From Lama guanicoe (taxonomy: Eukaryota), in NCBI GenBank assembly GCA_013239625.1, contig MU054323.1, positions 4,380,214-4,444,213 on the forward strand: 64,000 nt of DNA, given 5' to 3'. The notes under the pieces were generated by a model, which was not told the DNA's origin, searched no databases, and saw only the letters and a program-made list of their open reading frames with translations. The position numbers and the translations under genes are program-made. Below, in pieces: positions 49,817-63,122 of the stretch (position 1 is the first letter of the stretch; every line of letters begins with the position of its first letter).

Positions 49817-51369
49817 TTAAATAAATATTTAGCCAAGTCAGTGTACAACTGTCCCCTCTCCCATCTGCCCACCCTTCTAATTCCTTCCCTTTTTTCTGGT
49901 CACAAACATTTAAGCAACACATAAGAGAAAAATGCTCTCCCTTAAGCCTATTTTCGAAATGATTCTATTTTTAAACACTGCAGTTCATCTCAATTGTGCT
50001 CAAATTCAATTCACTTGTGATTGTCTGCTATATTATTTTCTTTATCAATTTCTCCCCAGACTCAGTGGGGTAGTGATTGAAATTTGAAAGCTTATGGGGG
50101 AAATAAAGTCCAAAATAGTATTGAGGAAAATGTGTCTTGAGTCCATTGGCTTCAAGGAACCCTTTCTTTTCTTCAACACCCAATCTTCTTTCATCCATAG
50201 TCTCTTGATAAACACCATCCAGCCAAAATGACTTAAAAATAAATTTAAATTGATTTGTCCATCGTCAAAAGTATTCTTTTCTCCCTAGCCTTAAAATGTT
50301 TCATTTATTACTGTTGCATCATGTGCTTGATGCTCTGGTGAAGACTGCCTTGCTTTTGGTTGTTAAATCTTTGCTGGGCTTTAGTTGAAGCGGGCACACG
50401 TGCGTGCAACGTATTAGGGATGCTGGCCATTGGAATCTTCTTGGAATGAAAAGATAACATTCACTCTGTTCTCAGACTGGCTTGGCCTTTGAACACAGTG
50501 AGAGCTTATTTGTAATACAACAACCCTTGTTAATACATAGCTGTGAAACCTATGATTTCATCTAATTTTTAATTCCATTCTAATTTCTCCCACCCGGAAT
50601 TCAATGTAAAAGCAATCATCAAGTATATTAGGGGCAATAAAGGCAACGGAAATGAACAAGAAAAGGATCCAAACAAGAATGAACAAGGAAAGGATCCTTA
50701 TACTGGATAAGGATGCACAGTTCTCATGCTTATTTGTGCACATCACAAGAGAATCCTTCTCATTTATGTCCAAGACCCTCTACCTGATGGTAGCAATGCC
50801 CACACTCAGGTAACCGTGTCCTCTGCTGTGCAGCTCCATGTTTGAACGGAGCTGACTCATTGCATGCTTTCCTACTCCGTTACTTTGTGTCCTGTTACTT
50901 TTAAAACACTGGCTTCTTTGTGTCCTTGACCACTTGGTTTTACTTGTACCTTGTCTGGGTACTGAAGTTGAGAGTGCAGTGATGCACTGAAGCACAAGAG
51001 GGGGGTGGGTAGTATATGAGGCTGGTCAGTGCATTGTCTCTACACACGCTGAACACATCCAGATCTTTGTTCAAAGTGTGACCTTTCGTCTAGAGCCGCG
51101 CTCACGCAACTCTGCTCTCATTGATTATTTCTCTTTCCCTCTGCCACTTAGCAAAACTCGGCCCTTTCTTCAAAGTCTGCTGCCTACTGTAAGAAGCCTG
51201 CTCTGACCACACACATTCCCACTCACTGTGCCCTTCCCTGGGGTTCCTGTTACTTCCCTGCTACTTAATACCTCCAGTGTGTGTGCCGTGCTTCCCTGGT
51301 CAATGCCCAACCCACAGTCAGCCCATGCCAGTGGCTAAGCAGTATCTGTGGAACGTTAGATGGATTATA

Positions 51370-51590
51370 AAAATTTGTTGAACATTTTGTGCTCAACACG
51401 TTATACGTGTTATGGCCCAACAACTCTATGCATTAAAGACTATTACTATTCCAGTGTGTGGATGCAGAAGCTGAGAAATGAGGTGGTTTAAACAATGTAC
51501 CAAGTGTCGGAGTTGGTGTATGAAGTCAGGGCTTTAACCTGGAAAGAATGCACTGTGACGCAATGTAGTTTTTCTCCAGAGCTTTGCTCT
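51370..51590 (-). mobile_element. MIR SINE
   Basis: ccaacaactctatg...tattactattccagtgtgtggatgcagaagctgag...taccaagtgtc. Confidence 0.6.
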
Positions 51591-51828
51591 GTGATTTATT
51601 CTTTCATTTTTTCCTCTGTTTTTACTCACTGTAGTTGTCTTCTTGAGGGTGAAGGTGGAAAGTGGTATTTTATGGTTAAAAAAAAAAAGAAAAGTGAGTG
51701 GCCAGAAACAGAGCATGGAAGGGCTTATAGGAGAGTGATGTTGGGGGCAAGGAGTGAGGAAAATGCCGTTGTGCAGTTAAATGAGGCACCTAGGTTCCGA
51801 GGGATTTAACTCCATAATGATGGTAGTA

Positions 51829-51987
51829 CAGTCATCGCTTGGTACCCATAGGGGATTGGTTCCAGGAGCCCCCATGGATACCCAAATCGGCCGATGCTCA
51901 AGTGCTATAAGGTGCAATCAACCCTCCGTATCTGCGGGTTCTGCACGCGCAGTGGAGGTGGAACCCGTGGACACAGAGGGCCTACAG
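51829..51987. mobile_element. MER2-like TcMar-Tigger MITE, internally deleted
   Basis: TA|cagtcatcgcttggtacccataggggattggttccaggagcccc...gatgctcaagt...gaacccgtggacacagagggcctacag|TA, with a TA target duplication. Confidence 0.8.
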
Positions 51988-53229
51988 TATTTCTCAAACA
52001 TGGAAGAGACACCACAGGGGGAGTTTGCACTTCCTGTATCTCAGATGAAACAAGAGCCTGTGGAGTTGTTTAATGCTGTTGTAATCAGGTCGCTCACCTG
52101 ACACTCAGCTCCACTCCAACCCCTTGTGCTTCCACAGCTGAAGAAAATGAAGGCGGTAACTTCCCCTCTTGTGGATTTCCATAATTGTAAAGCATCCGTG
52201 GTGCCACTGCTTTTTCAAAATAATTGTTAGAGAGTGATTAGCTACTACAAATCCCGGAATCAAATACATCTGTATATTTCCTGCCTGCACAAATGTCTGG
52301 AAAAAGACAATGGGCTGAGAAACATCTGAGAGGAGCAGGCAGACGTCTACTGCTAGATCAATAGTCCTTGCACAGTCACCCTCCTCAGAAGGCAAACCTT
52401 AAAAGACCCAAAGCAAGATTGTATTCATAGAGAAATGGAAACAAAGGAGGTGCTATTTTAAAAGTACTTTCAAAATTATAAGGAACTTTCCAAATGTGAG
52501 ATACATTGTTTAAGCAGATCATTAAAAGACCCCCTAGGTGGTCAGTATTTTGGGAAATCAAAAAGAAGGTGCCTGTGGTTTTAACATGTATAGGAAAGAC
52601 CTAAGGCCTATAAAAATAGAAAAGAAAAAAAATCGCATGAATGAAGTATCTTAATCTCTGATTATCGTTGGAATGATCTGTACCTTGAACAAGCCTCTGA
52701 AATGTTTTCTAATCTTTTGACAATACAGCCTCATTATCGGAGTCTTTTCCTATTTGGATTTTGGAGTTTAGGTCAAAGAGACAACCTAGTTTCAGGAAAG
52801 TAAATGTTCTTTCCTAGCCCTGACGATGGGAAAGCCGTAGTGGGCTCAGCTGCATCTTTTGGCGTGGAGCCTGGAGAGAGCTGATGGGACATCAGGGAGG
52901 GACGTGAGCAGCAGGCACGTGTACAGATGTGGTCAGTCGTGTTGCCCTTCTAAATTCTTCTAAATCAGTGTGGTGGTGGCCAAGGAAGAGTTGTGATGTC
53001 CCCTGAGTGATGCAAAAACACTGAAGACACCCGATTCCCAGTTACTTTTCTAAAGCAGCTTTCTTGGGATGTACATCAAGGTGGACTGTATGCAGACACA
53101 CAGAGATATACACTCAGCTAATATTCGTTGAGCTTTTATTATGTGCCAGATGCTTGGGAGTGTGTTTCCAAAACACTGAGAATAGTAAGGGTCTCGATGG
53201 AGGATAAAAGCTGAGTAGAGATGGGGAGT

Positions 53230-53745
53230 TCTTCAGTTATTTATTGCACCACTCACAAATCTTAACTGCCCCAAACAATGACGATGTATAATCTCTCACA
53301 AGTCTGTGTGTGACTGGTTTCAGCTGGGCAGTTCTGCTCAGTGTGGTATTGGGAGGGGCTGGTTTTCTGGAAGCGGGAGGCTAACGTGCAAGATGGCTCA
53401 GTCATATGGCTGGCGGTTGGTGCTGGCTGTCAGGTAGAGCTCAGCTGGGCCAGAGCTCCTTGCTTCCCCTCCTGGTGGCCTCTCTGTGTGAATCAGCTCC
53501 ACACAGCGTGGTGGCTGGGATACAAGAGCAGAATTCCAACTAGGAGAAAGTGGAATTTGAAGGTCTCTTTAAGCCCTGGCCTGGGAAACTATAGTGTCAC
53601 TTCTGCTGCTTCTCGTTGGTCAAAGGAATCACAGGACCAGCTAAGATTCAAGGCGAAGGGAAATAGACCAAATTTTGTGTAATTAGACACCAAAAAAAGA
53701 AAAGTCAGCTAACCCACAATAAATGATGGCTGTTCTTAATCCACA
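53230..53745 (-). mobile_element. ERVL-MaLR LTR (MLT1G/H-like)
   Basis: tcagctgggcagttctgct...caagatggctca...tggtgctggctgt...gtcacttctgctg...ttggtcaaag...agattcaagg. Confidence 0.8.
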
Positions 53746-55074
53746 CTGTGCAGGAAGTAATGCACTTGGAATGAACTTGAGAAAAGAGTGGTTTTAGCAG
53801 ATCACTGACCAGAGTTTAAATCTGTGTGGGTATATATGGATTATGGGTGCGGGGGGGGGTAAACTTCTTACATATCCCATGTGTAAATTTTAAAGACAGT
53901 GAGAAGTCAGTGATCCACTTACATAAAGGTAAAGTCAGGTGGGCTCTGTTTTCGGTCACAGTATCCTGCCCCTCAGGCCTGTGGGCTAGTGTGGGGGCCT
54001 TCAGGGCTGTGGCTCCCGCTTCAGCTTTGCTTCCTGGCCAGGGCTCTGGGCAGTGCCTCCATCATCAAGGGTAAGGAGATCCTGACCCCAGGGGATGATG
54101 GTGATCCTATCACAGATGTTGCAGAAAACTTGAAATAAGTATCTCAATTCTTGCTTTTCTAACTTTAGTTCCTCATTATACACGAAGACCATGTTCCCAA
54201 TTCCTCATACCAGTTGATGTAGAAGACCTTGTATACTGCAAGAGATTCATCAGTGCTTTTTGATTGATTAAATATATACATCCTTTTAAATCTAAAGAAC
54301 AGTTTTCTTCCTTAGTTTTTCTGATATCTCTGATTATTTATGACAATATATACTCAAGGTACATGTAGCATCCATAGTAAGAATAAAGTCAGAATCACGG
54401 TTTTGTTTAAGTATATGTTCAGGTTGTTTTCCTTGAACACAACATCTAATTCTCCATAGCTATCATGAGCTATAACTACTGCCTTTACCCCTGGTCCAAA
54501 GCTGTACTATTGGTTATAAGGGGAATGTGGTGAGATATGAAAGTCTGGCTAAGCAAAGCACCTGGAACTTTCTGACAGGGCTAAGAATGCCACAGTAGAA
54601 TTCTTGTCATCTTTGTATTCAAAAGAATATATACATATTCAAAGGACGAGACACTCATATATGTATATGTCATGATAGATAGATATTTACATAATGTCTT
54701 GAGACTAATGATAATCCAGAAAATATTTGCTAAATTACTTGAACTGAGCTACTTATTTGCCTTCAGTTAACTCACTTCACGAGGAAGGTGATTAACCTCT
54801 GATTTAAGAATCAGCACACTAAGCTTTAGCCCCATTTCTCACTCTGAATAAGTCGTAAAGAAATGCCTCGCTTGTCCAGCCACCCCACCCACACAAAGCA
54901 GTTGAAATTAGTTAAACAGATTTCTAAGAAGCAAATAAGTTCTCACAAATCCTGTGCCCTTTTGCCTTTTGGTGAGATACGACAAGACCTTCAGAACAGA
55001 GAAGACAGCGTTGTTAGTAAAACTAAGCTTCTTAGGAGACATCATTGGAAACAGTGGACCAGTGTGGGTTTTAG

Positions 55075-55220
55075 CATGTGGACAAAGCAGTATGGTGGTT
55101 AAAGTCTGTGTTAATACAGCACCTAAGTGGCAGGTCCACGTTCAGATTGGTTTCACCTTCCTGGTCTTACTTTCCCCATTCGTGAAGTGGGGTTACTTTA
55201 TAGGGTTGCTGTAAAGCCCC
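55075..55220 (+). mobile_element. MIR fragment
   Basis: gcagtatggtggttaaag...tttccccattcgtgaagtgggg...atagggttgctgt. Confidence 0.5.
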
Positions 55221-56192
55221 ATGGCATCGCGCCATGAAACAGAACATATCAAACTTCACTTAAATATATGGAAAAGTCATTTATATGAAGTGGGTAATTT
55301 CCTAATAATACTGGAAAAGTAAGTCATCAGTCTATGTATCCACATTTCTATAGTTTATGTTAAACCTGGCAGAGTAAAAATAGTACTTCTGCAATTGCAA
55401 GACATGCATACAAGACGAATACGTTTAGCTCCTCTCTGGGCCCCATGAGAGGGACAGATCGTACAAGGCAAAACACACATTAGACAAACATGCTCATATA
55501 TTTGACCTCATACATTTAGACGGATGTACTCATACTCAAATGCACATGCACACACGTGAAATTGTTAACACTCAGGAAGTGTGAAAAGAAGGAGCCTGGG
55601 AGCTTTGTTTATTCTGGAGTTTTGTTCATTTTCTGCAAACAGAGTAACGATTGCAGGGAGGAACGTTCGCTGCTCTCCCTGCATGAAATTCTGAAGCCTG
55701 GAGGCCATCTGAGTTCTCCTTGTAGGCTTTGGCAGTTGTTTGAGAAGTGGCATGGGAGGTTAAATAATCACAGTGGGTTCTGGGGAAGGAAGCACCACCT
55801 CAATTGCTCTTCTAAGGCAGTAAATAGGATTCTGGCAACTTCTGAGTCAGAACTTCTAAGAGGCTAAACTCAAGATTGAAATGGGATGTCTGGCCCTGTT
55901 CTGTATGGCTGACTGGTTTGTTATTTTCTCTTTGGCGACTGTGTATTGAACTAGGTTATTTTAGGCTGCAGGTTACGGTACTGGGTTCATGAAGAACTTT
56001 AATGAAGCTAGAGAGCCAAGGTCGGTTTGGGACAATGATGAACTTAGGCTTGGCTGCTGGGACAGAGAAGTCAACATTGTGTAGTTACTGGGAAGTTTGC
56101 ATTACCCGTGTGTTTAGCACAGGCAGGGGATCTCCTGTCATCGGCAGATCTGTGTTAGCAAAATGCTTGGTCATGTTCTTAGTCTGGACTCT

Positions 56193-56512
56193 ATCCTGCA
56201 CTTTCCAGTACAGCAGCCACTAACCACATGTGCCATTCAGCACTTGAAATATGGCTGGTCCACATGTACATATCTGTAAGTGTAAAATACATACCAGATT
56301 TCAAAGATTTAGTAGGAAAAAAGGGTATGAATGTCATATTACTATTACTAATAATTTGCATGTTAAAATGGCAGTATTTCGGATACCTAGATCTGTCAAA
56401 TAAATTGTTAAAATTAGTCCACCTATTTCTTTTCATATTTTAGTGTGGCTACTAGAAAATCTAAAATACTAGCTGTAGCTCACATTATCTTTTTATAGGA
56501 TACTGCTATTCT
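56193..56512. mobile_element. MER33 hAT-Charlie MITE
   Basis: tccagtacagcagccactaaccacatgtgccattcagcacttgaaatatggct...aaatacataccagatttcaaaga...gtggctactagaaaat...ctcacattat. Confidence 0.85.
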
Positions 56513-56692
56513 ACACAGTGACAGGCTCAAAAAGTAGGTAATGCTTATCCAGCCGGCTCATGAGTCTACTGACTGGTCACGTCCCTTCCAGGAATCTATT
56601 TACCCAACTGTAACATAAAGAGTATTAACAGCAGATAGGAAGAAGTTGGAATCTGAGAAGGAAAAAAGGGAGTCATATAGTGGGTAGCTAAA

Positions 56693-56747
56693 GCATATAT
56701 ATACATATTACATATACATATATATATACATATACATATATATACAC

Positions 56748-56778
<31 letters not shown>

Positions 56779-56822
56779 TATAAAGCACATATATATATAT
56801 ATATAAATATATAAAGCATACA
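56693..56822. repeat. (TA)n/(CATATA)n microsatellite
   Basis: Seen directly. Confidence 0.9.
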
Positions 56823-56827
56823 TGCCC

Positions 56828-57535
56828 ATTACTTGCTTCTTTTATACCTGGAACTTTGTAGCTCTTAATTCCCTTCACCTATTTCACCAATCTCCCCATC
56901 CCCTTCCATATGGCAACCACCAGTTTGTTCCCTGTACCTATGAGCCTGTTTCTACTTTGTTATGTTTCTTCATTGTATTGTTTATTAGATTCTATATATA
57001 AGTGAATTCATATGGTATTTATCTTATTCTATCTGACATTTCATTTAGCGTACTACCCTCTAAGTCCATTCACACTCACAAATGGCAAGATGTCATTCTT
57101 TTTTGTGGCTGAGTAATATTCCATTCTATTTGTCTATCTAAATAGATAGATAGACAGACAGATACAGATATATAGATATATCACATCCTCTGTATCTAAT
57201 CATCTATGGATGGACACTCATGTTGCTTCCATATCTTGGCTGTTGTAAATCATGCTGCAACAAAGAATGGATGCATATATCTTTTCAAACTAGCACTTTT
57301 GTTTTCTTCAGATAAATATCTAGAGGTGGAATTGCTGGATCATATGGTAGTTCTACTTTTAATTTTTTGACAAACTACCATACCATTCTCTGTATTGGCT
57401 ATACCAATTTATATTCACACCAACAGTCCATAGGGGTTCCCTTTTCTCCCCACATCTTCACCAACACTTGTTATTTGTTCTTTTTGATAATAGTCATTCA
57501 AACAAGTATGAAGTGACATTTCATTATTTCTTTGA
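56828..57535 (-). mobile_element. L1 ORF2 end and 3' UTR (L1MA8/9-like), with internal (GATA)n
   Basis: ggcaaccaccagtttgttc...caaatggcaagatgtcattc...ggctgagtaatattcc...ggaattgctggatcatatggtagttcta...ccaacacttgttat. Confidence 0.9.
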
Positions 57536-58539
57536 CTTTGGCCAAGGCAACTCTCCTTAGTGAGGCAATTCATTAAGAAGGCTGTTAGCAGCACTCCCAG
57601 GAGCTATGGACTAAGTCTTCACTTCTGAAAGGAGCCCTGGGCAGCGTCTCACAGCATCCATGATGCTGTGTTACTACTTGTCAAGCAGCTCTCAATATTC
57701 AAGAAGGTGATAATGACTATTAGGTTTTGAGGGTGATTCAGTAAAATGCACTATGTATTTTTCTGCTGAGTTTGAAGCCAGTTGAGAAATAAGATATAGG
57801 AATGATACACATGGAGTTAAAACATCAATTTTATTACTGATAAATGTAAATTGGAGAATATGTATTAATTTTGTTCAATAACTACCCCATATAATATATC
57901 CCTTCTCTGGAATTAAGCATACCCCCCAAACTGCTAGCCTCCGTCCATCTGCAGAGTCAGGGACAGACACTGCCCAGAATGCATCCCCCTGGACCAGCAG
58001 AGGACACCTATGTCCTGAAGGCCATCCCTGCAGAAAGAAGCAGCTTCCCCGGCAGTAACTGAGCCTGATGCACTCAGTGACTTCTCCTGACGATTTCAGA
58101 GGTCACAGAAGAAAGCAGAAAGTGTTCCCGTGCCTTTCTCTCATGGGGAGGAGAAAATGAGAACGTTTTTCATTCTGCAAAAATAAGGAGTGAGATTTAA
58201 GCATTCCTTCTTAATTCTGCTACTTCCTCTGGCTACTTTTGGTCTTCCCCGCAGGCTTTGTGTCCTCAAAATAGCTCAATAAGAAGACGTTATCTTCATT
58301 GGCATCTTCTAACAAGGTCCTTCTGTCCCTGAGGCTAGCTTCAGGCTTCTAAAAAGAGAACGTGTAACTATGAGTCTGAACGTTATAGACATGAAATGCT
58401 TTTTCTACCCCCACCCCATAGCACATAATTTAAAGATGCACATTCTACAAGACAAATTACGAAAAAAAAAAAAAAGATTGTCTTACCAGCTCCATTTAAT
58501 CGCTCCTCTAGAAAATGGGAACTTTCCAATATTTTGCTT

Positions 58540-60240
58540 TCCTTTAATATACCTTCATGTTTCTTAATACTGCACTTACATCAGCACGTCTTGATTTTTT
58601 TCATTCAAAGCATTATCTATTGACTTCTCACTATGGAAGAGAAAATACTAGATTTTGGGGGATTTTTTGCTGCTCACTTTCCACATGTTTTCTCATCCCC
58701 CATTCTACCACCATAATTATGACATAATTTTGTTTAGAGCAGCATCAAGATGTTGCATCATTATGACTGTCAAAGTTATTCACAATTAAGCCATGCATTA
58801 TATCATGACTACTTTTCCATCTTGCAAAACGTCTTCATTTCCCAGGAATTAAAAATAGTCTTTTCTTTTGTATGTTCAGTGTTCCATTGTCTTACCACTA
58901 ATTCACCCCTAAATTCTTATCTATTTTGTATAAATCTCAATATGTTAAAAACATCACATACTCAGTCATTTTCATCTTCTTGAAGAAATTTTTTTTTTTT
59001 GGTCCCTTCTGGCTTGCTCCAGTCTGAACTGACTTGTCTCTAGGACTGCTATGCAGTTTTATTCTGGCATCTCCTTCCATTATCACGTTGGGGATTTCCT
59101 TTATCTGCCTTGATTCCTGCATCTCATGTCTTTTCATTTCCTGGTTTACTTCTTTATTTTGGTGTAATACCTCTTCGAGCATTTTCCTGAAGGCAAATCT
59201 TCTGTGACATTGCATGTCTCAAAGTGTGTCTATTGATTCTTTTCCATTTTCTGAGAGATAATTATGACTATGCACAACTGTATGGTCCAATCCATTTATT
59301 CAGCTTTAAATTTTTTGCCTTCTTGTATTTATTCCCAGATATTCCTTGTCCTCTGGTTCTCTTCTTGGTATTAACACTCTATTGCTGTCTGGGGGGTATA
59401 ATATTTTCTTTTATTTTACTAGAGGTATCTTTAGAGTAGTTATTTTTTAAGATTTTCCTCTCCCAGTTGATTCCTTGTTTCCTCCAAGATATTTTTACTC
59501 TTTGTTTTGCTCTTTGTCTTCTGCATGGCATTCTCCCTGAATTTCTTGTGATAATTTTTACTCGCTGCTCATTTAAGAGGATGGCACAGAAAGCCTGGTT
59601 AGATGCTGACCAAGTGTGTATGTTGGGGGGGTTTATGATCAGTGGAACTGGTTAGATTTTTCACTGGGAGCTTCATGTTTTTTCTCTTGGACTGCAGACT
59701 TTCTGCCTGGACTGCTATCTCAGAGTCTTGTGGGAGAAGAGTACTGTATCACATTTCTGCTCTCAACCGTGTTTAGTCTTTTACCCTCTCCAGGGCTGAC
59801 ACTTCCACCTCCAATCTGCCAGCGTGGTGTGGGTGGAAAGTTGACCAGCTGATCCAAGAGGAGAAGGCGATCTCTAATCTACCTTCTTAAACAATCTTCT
59901 ACCTAATATTTTTCTTCTTTGTCCCTCCTTCATTTTCACCACTCTGGATAGCTGATATTGGCCATTCTTAAGCTTATGGGAGATGTTGTTCTGGGGTGTA
60001 AGTGGGTTTTGCCTCTGTTTTCTCTACTCCCAGTTGAGTGTTCAGTATGCCTACATCTGATAAGTTCGATTCACTCATTCTGCTTTTTGGCTGGCAGCAT
60101 TTGGTTGTTTCCATCTTTTTCTCCCATTTCTTTTGTATTTGGGATGCAAACAGTCCTCTTGCTGCTGTTTTAGTTAGGTTTTTAGAGAGGTGGCAGAGAT
60201 AAGAGTGTTTGCTCAGTATGCCAACATTAACAAAAATGTC
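58540..60240 (-). mobile_element. HAL1 / old L1 (decayed, T-rich antisense)
   Basis: ctggcttgctccagtctgaactg...ttcctggtttacttc...ttgcatgtctcaaagtgt. The minus-strand ORF 58937-59215 (KMLEEVLHQNKEVNQE) resembles an ORF1 C-terminal remnant. Confidence 0.65.
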
Positions 60241-62469
60241 GTCTTTAATGTATCAGTGCTGTATTCTCTCCAGATGCCTACATTTATTCCCCTCCCTTTA
60301 TCGCCCATATATTCACATCTTTATATTTAGTAAATATGTATATACAAATCTCAGAATCTTCTGAATCTTTTAAAATTAATATACAAAATAGAGACTTGAT
60401 TTCCAACTGCGATCTTCCTACAAAACTATCCGGAACAGGTCTTACACATTTCATCTTAATGACTACTTTAGACCCAAAATAATTTTTATTGATAACAGTA
60501 ATATGGTAATTCATTATGGTATGCTGTTACCCAAGTGCTAATTAAAAGGAAAGATAGTTGAAGGATAAAAGAGGGCTTGAAAGCACATCACACAAAAGTT
60601 CCTTCCTAATATATTCCCTGTCTATCACACTTACTACTGCAGGGTGGGTTGACAGGTTAATTATGAACTAGGCAGGAGAGCTGGTGCGGAGGATGTTACA
60701 ATCTCAAAAGCAAACACTTATAATCATTTTATCTAAATACAAGACAAACTCACCTTGGCGAAGGACTGCATTTAGTGATTATATGTAAGGCGACCTCCCT
60801 ACGTACAGAGTACAGATGGAACCTAGGTAAATGTGGCACCGTAGAGCTAGTCCTTAAATGTGGACCCTGCAGCAGTTATCTGTGACGCATAGCTAGGGAT
60901 TCTGCCAAATTTTGCAAATTGGCTTCATTATTTCGCTGCTGAGAATTCGGATTTCTTCGCTTCCTTCTCAAATCACAGTTTTTAATAGCAAATCCTCCAC
61001 GTGCTATTCAAAAAGTCTGTACGGTATATAATTGAAAAATACTATATTCGTAGTGTATATTTATTTTAAAATGGTGGAAATGTATTATTTTGCGTGGGGG
61101 GAAACTTCACCCCATGATGGAATCTTCTGTCAAAATCCTGCTGTTGGCCCCCAACCTCCTCTGTCTTGTCCTGAAATACACCTGGGGCAAGAAGCTCACC
61201 GTCACCTTGGACGGCTCGCTGCACCATTTCAGAGTCCTAGTAGAAAGTTCTGGTTGCTCTTGTCCTGTTTGTCGTAGACTGAGAAGATGTTTCCTGGTAA
61301 TTTCTTTCCAAGGACATTAATTCTTATTTTCTGTACTTATGCATCAACTTTCAACATCTTTCACAGGGAAGTTTTCTAAAATTTGAATATAATCAACATA
61401 TCTCTTGAAAGTTCTCTTTTCTCTTCTGTGCCCTTACTCAATTTCTTTTTCTTTGTTTCTACTTGCCACTTTTTTCCCAGAATCTTATGTTAGTTGCCAT
61501 TTGCTGGAAGGTTTGACATGATCTTTCAAATGAATAGCTCATAACTTAATATAACACTTTAGATGTGTGCATATACAGATTAGAGTGAACCTATTAAACT
61601 TGTTATAAACATTATACTTTCACTGGTGCAATCCAAGATTCCAAGGGCTGCACTGGTAGCAACTTTCCATTTTATTGGCTTATATGAAGCACCGAATCTT
61701 TTCTGTCCCCTCAACTCACCTATTGTTCTCAAATAAACATACTTTATCTATTTCACATCAAAACTATTTTCAGACTTTAGAAAAATATAAACAACATACC
61801 GCTTTGTGACATTCTCAGTTTAGTTTCTCTTTTAAAAATTGCACTTCTTCCACAAATGGGTACATTTTTTCCTAATGCGTAGACTGCACTTAGAATTTAC
61901 TTTAACTCATATTTCTTCACTCTTTGGCACCTACAATATGGTGATTGGTCAACACTACTTACCTCACTTCAACCTAACAATCAAGTACACATTTATGGAA
62001 CAAATGCAGCCCCAGGTACAGGGTTAAGCCCTGCTGAGGCACCTGTTAGCAAACCAGTGAGGATCCCAGTCTTGGGAAAAGACAAAATGTGAACAAGTAA
62101 CTCCAATAGATTGACACCTGCTGTGGAAGGTATACTGCGGATGTAACAAAATGGTGAGGAGGTAGGACGATTTCCCCGGCTATCCCGAATATGCTATGCC
62201 TTTGGGTGACTGAAATTATACTGTTGGGCCTTGAATTGACATGACACTTTGATAACCTTGCCTGACGTGACAACGTACAAATGACAATGCCACCTCAGGA
62301 AGTCTGCCAGCTTGTTTATGTTGCTTTATTGGTATCATCAGATGCTCAACTCTGAGAAGAATAGTGATCAATTGTGAACAAAGCCAAATACAAGTTATTT
62401 AGATTTAGTAATAAGTCTCCTCTGACGAACAACAGTGTCATTCTGCCTCTGATCATCCTTGACCTAAGT

Positions 62470-62670
62470 ACAGCGCTTTGCTGCTTGCAGAACATTTTCA
62501 CATCTGCAATTCTATTTGATCCTCATAATGAGGTGGTGAGGTAGGTAGACTAGAGGGTGCTGTCTCCACTTTTACAGATGAGAACACTGAGGAGATATGA
62601 TCGCTTCGCCAGAGTTGTAGGACCAGTATGTGGCAGAGTCACAGTTCTCTGGATCCTGGCTTTCTCATTC
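62470..62670 (-). mobile_element. MIR SINE
   Basis: cagcgctttg...atttgatcctcataat...gtgaggtaggt...ccacttttacagatgagaacactgagg. Confidence 0.8.
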
Positions 62671-63106
62671 TACCAAAAGCCAAAAGAGGGGCCAGCCATT
62701 TTCTTGGCTCTCTATCTGATAGGTATGTTGGAAGAGATAACATTTAGGTGATGCACAGAACTCAAAGGAGTCATGCATAGCTTGTGACCTTTACTGAGTG
62801 TGGCATACTCAACACAGATCCAGAACAGCAGAGGTGTGAGTGGAGATGCTGGGCCAACCTAATTTAGACTTTCCTTCCTGAAAGCTAAGCCAGTGAAACC
62901 ATGTGATGGATTCTTTTTAATATGGTGGTATTGTCAGGGAATAGCTTCAATATGCACTGTAAGCATTAAATGCTAAAAATAATAACAGCAATTATAGATA
63001 GTTCTGACACCAGAAGAGTAGAATTATGCTTCTTAACTGTATTGCCTTTAGCCAATAAAAATGCAAAATCACTTTTCTGAAAACTGTTTTCCTCTGTGCT
63101 AGACTA

Positions 63107-63122
63107 CCAAGAGATGGCAGCA
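63107..63122 (+). promoter_or_regulatory. CTCF-like core motif
   Basis: CCAAGAGATGGCAGCA against the consensus CCASYAGRKGGCRS (two mismatches), in repeat-free sequence. Confidence 0.4.

Noticed and set aside
58937..59215. Charged, helical-looking 92-aa ORF
   Set aside because: It is explained as a decayed HAL1/L1 ORF1 remnant, not a host gene.
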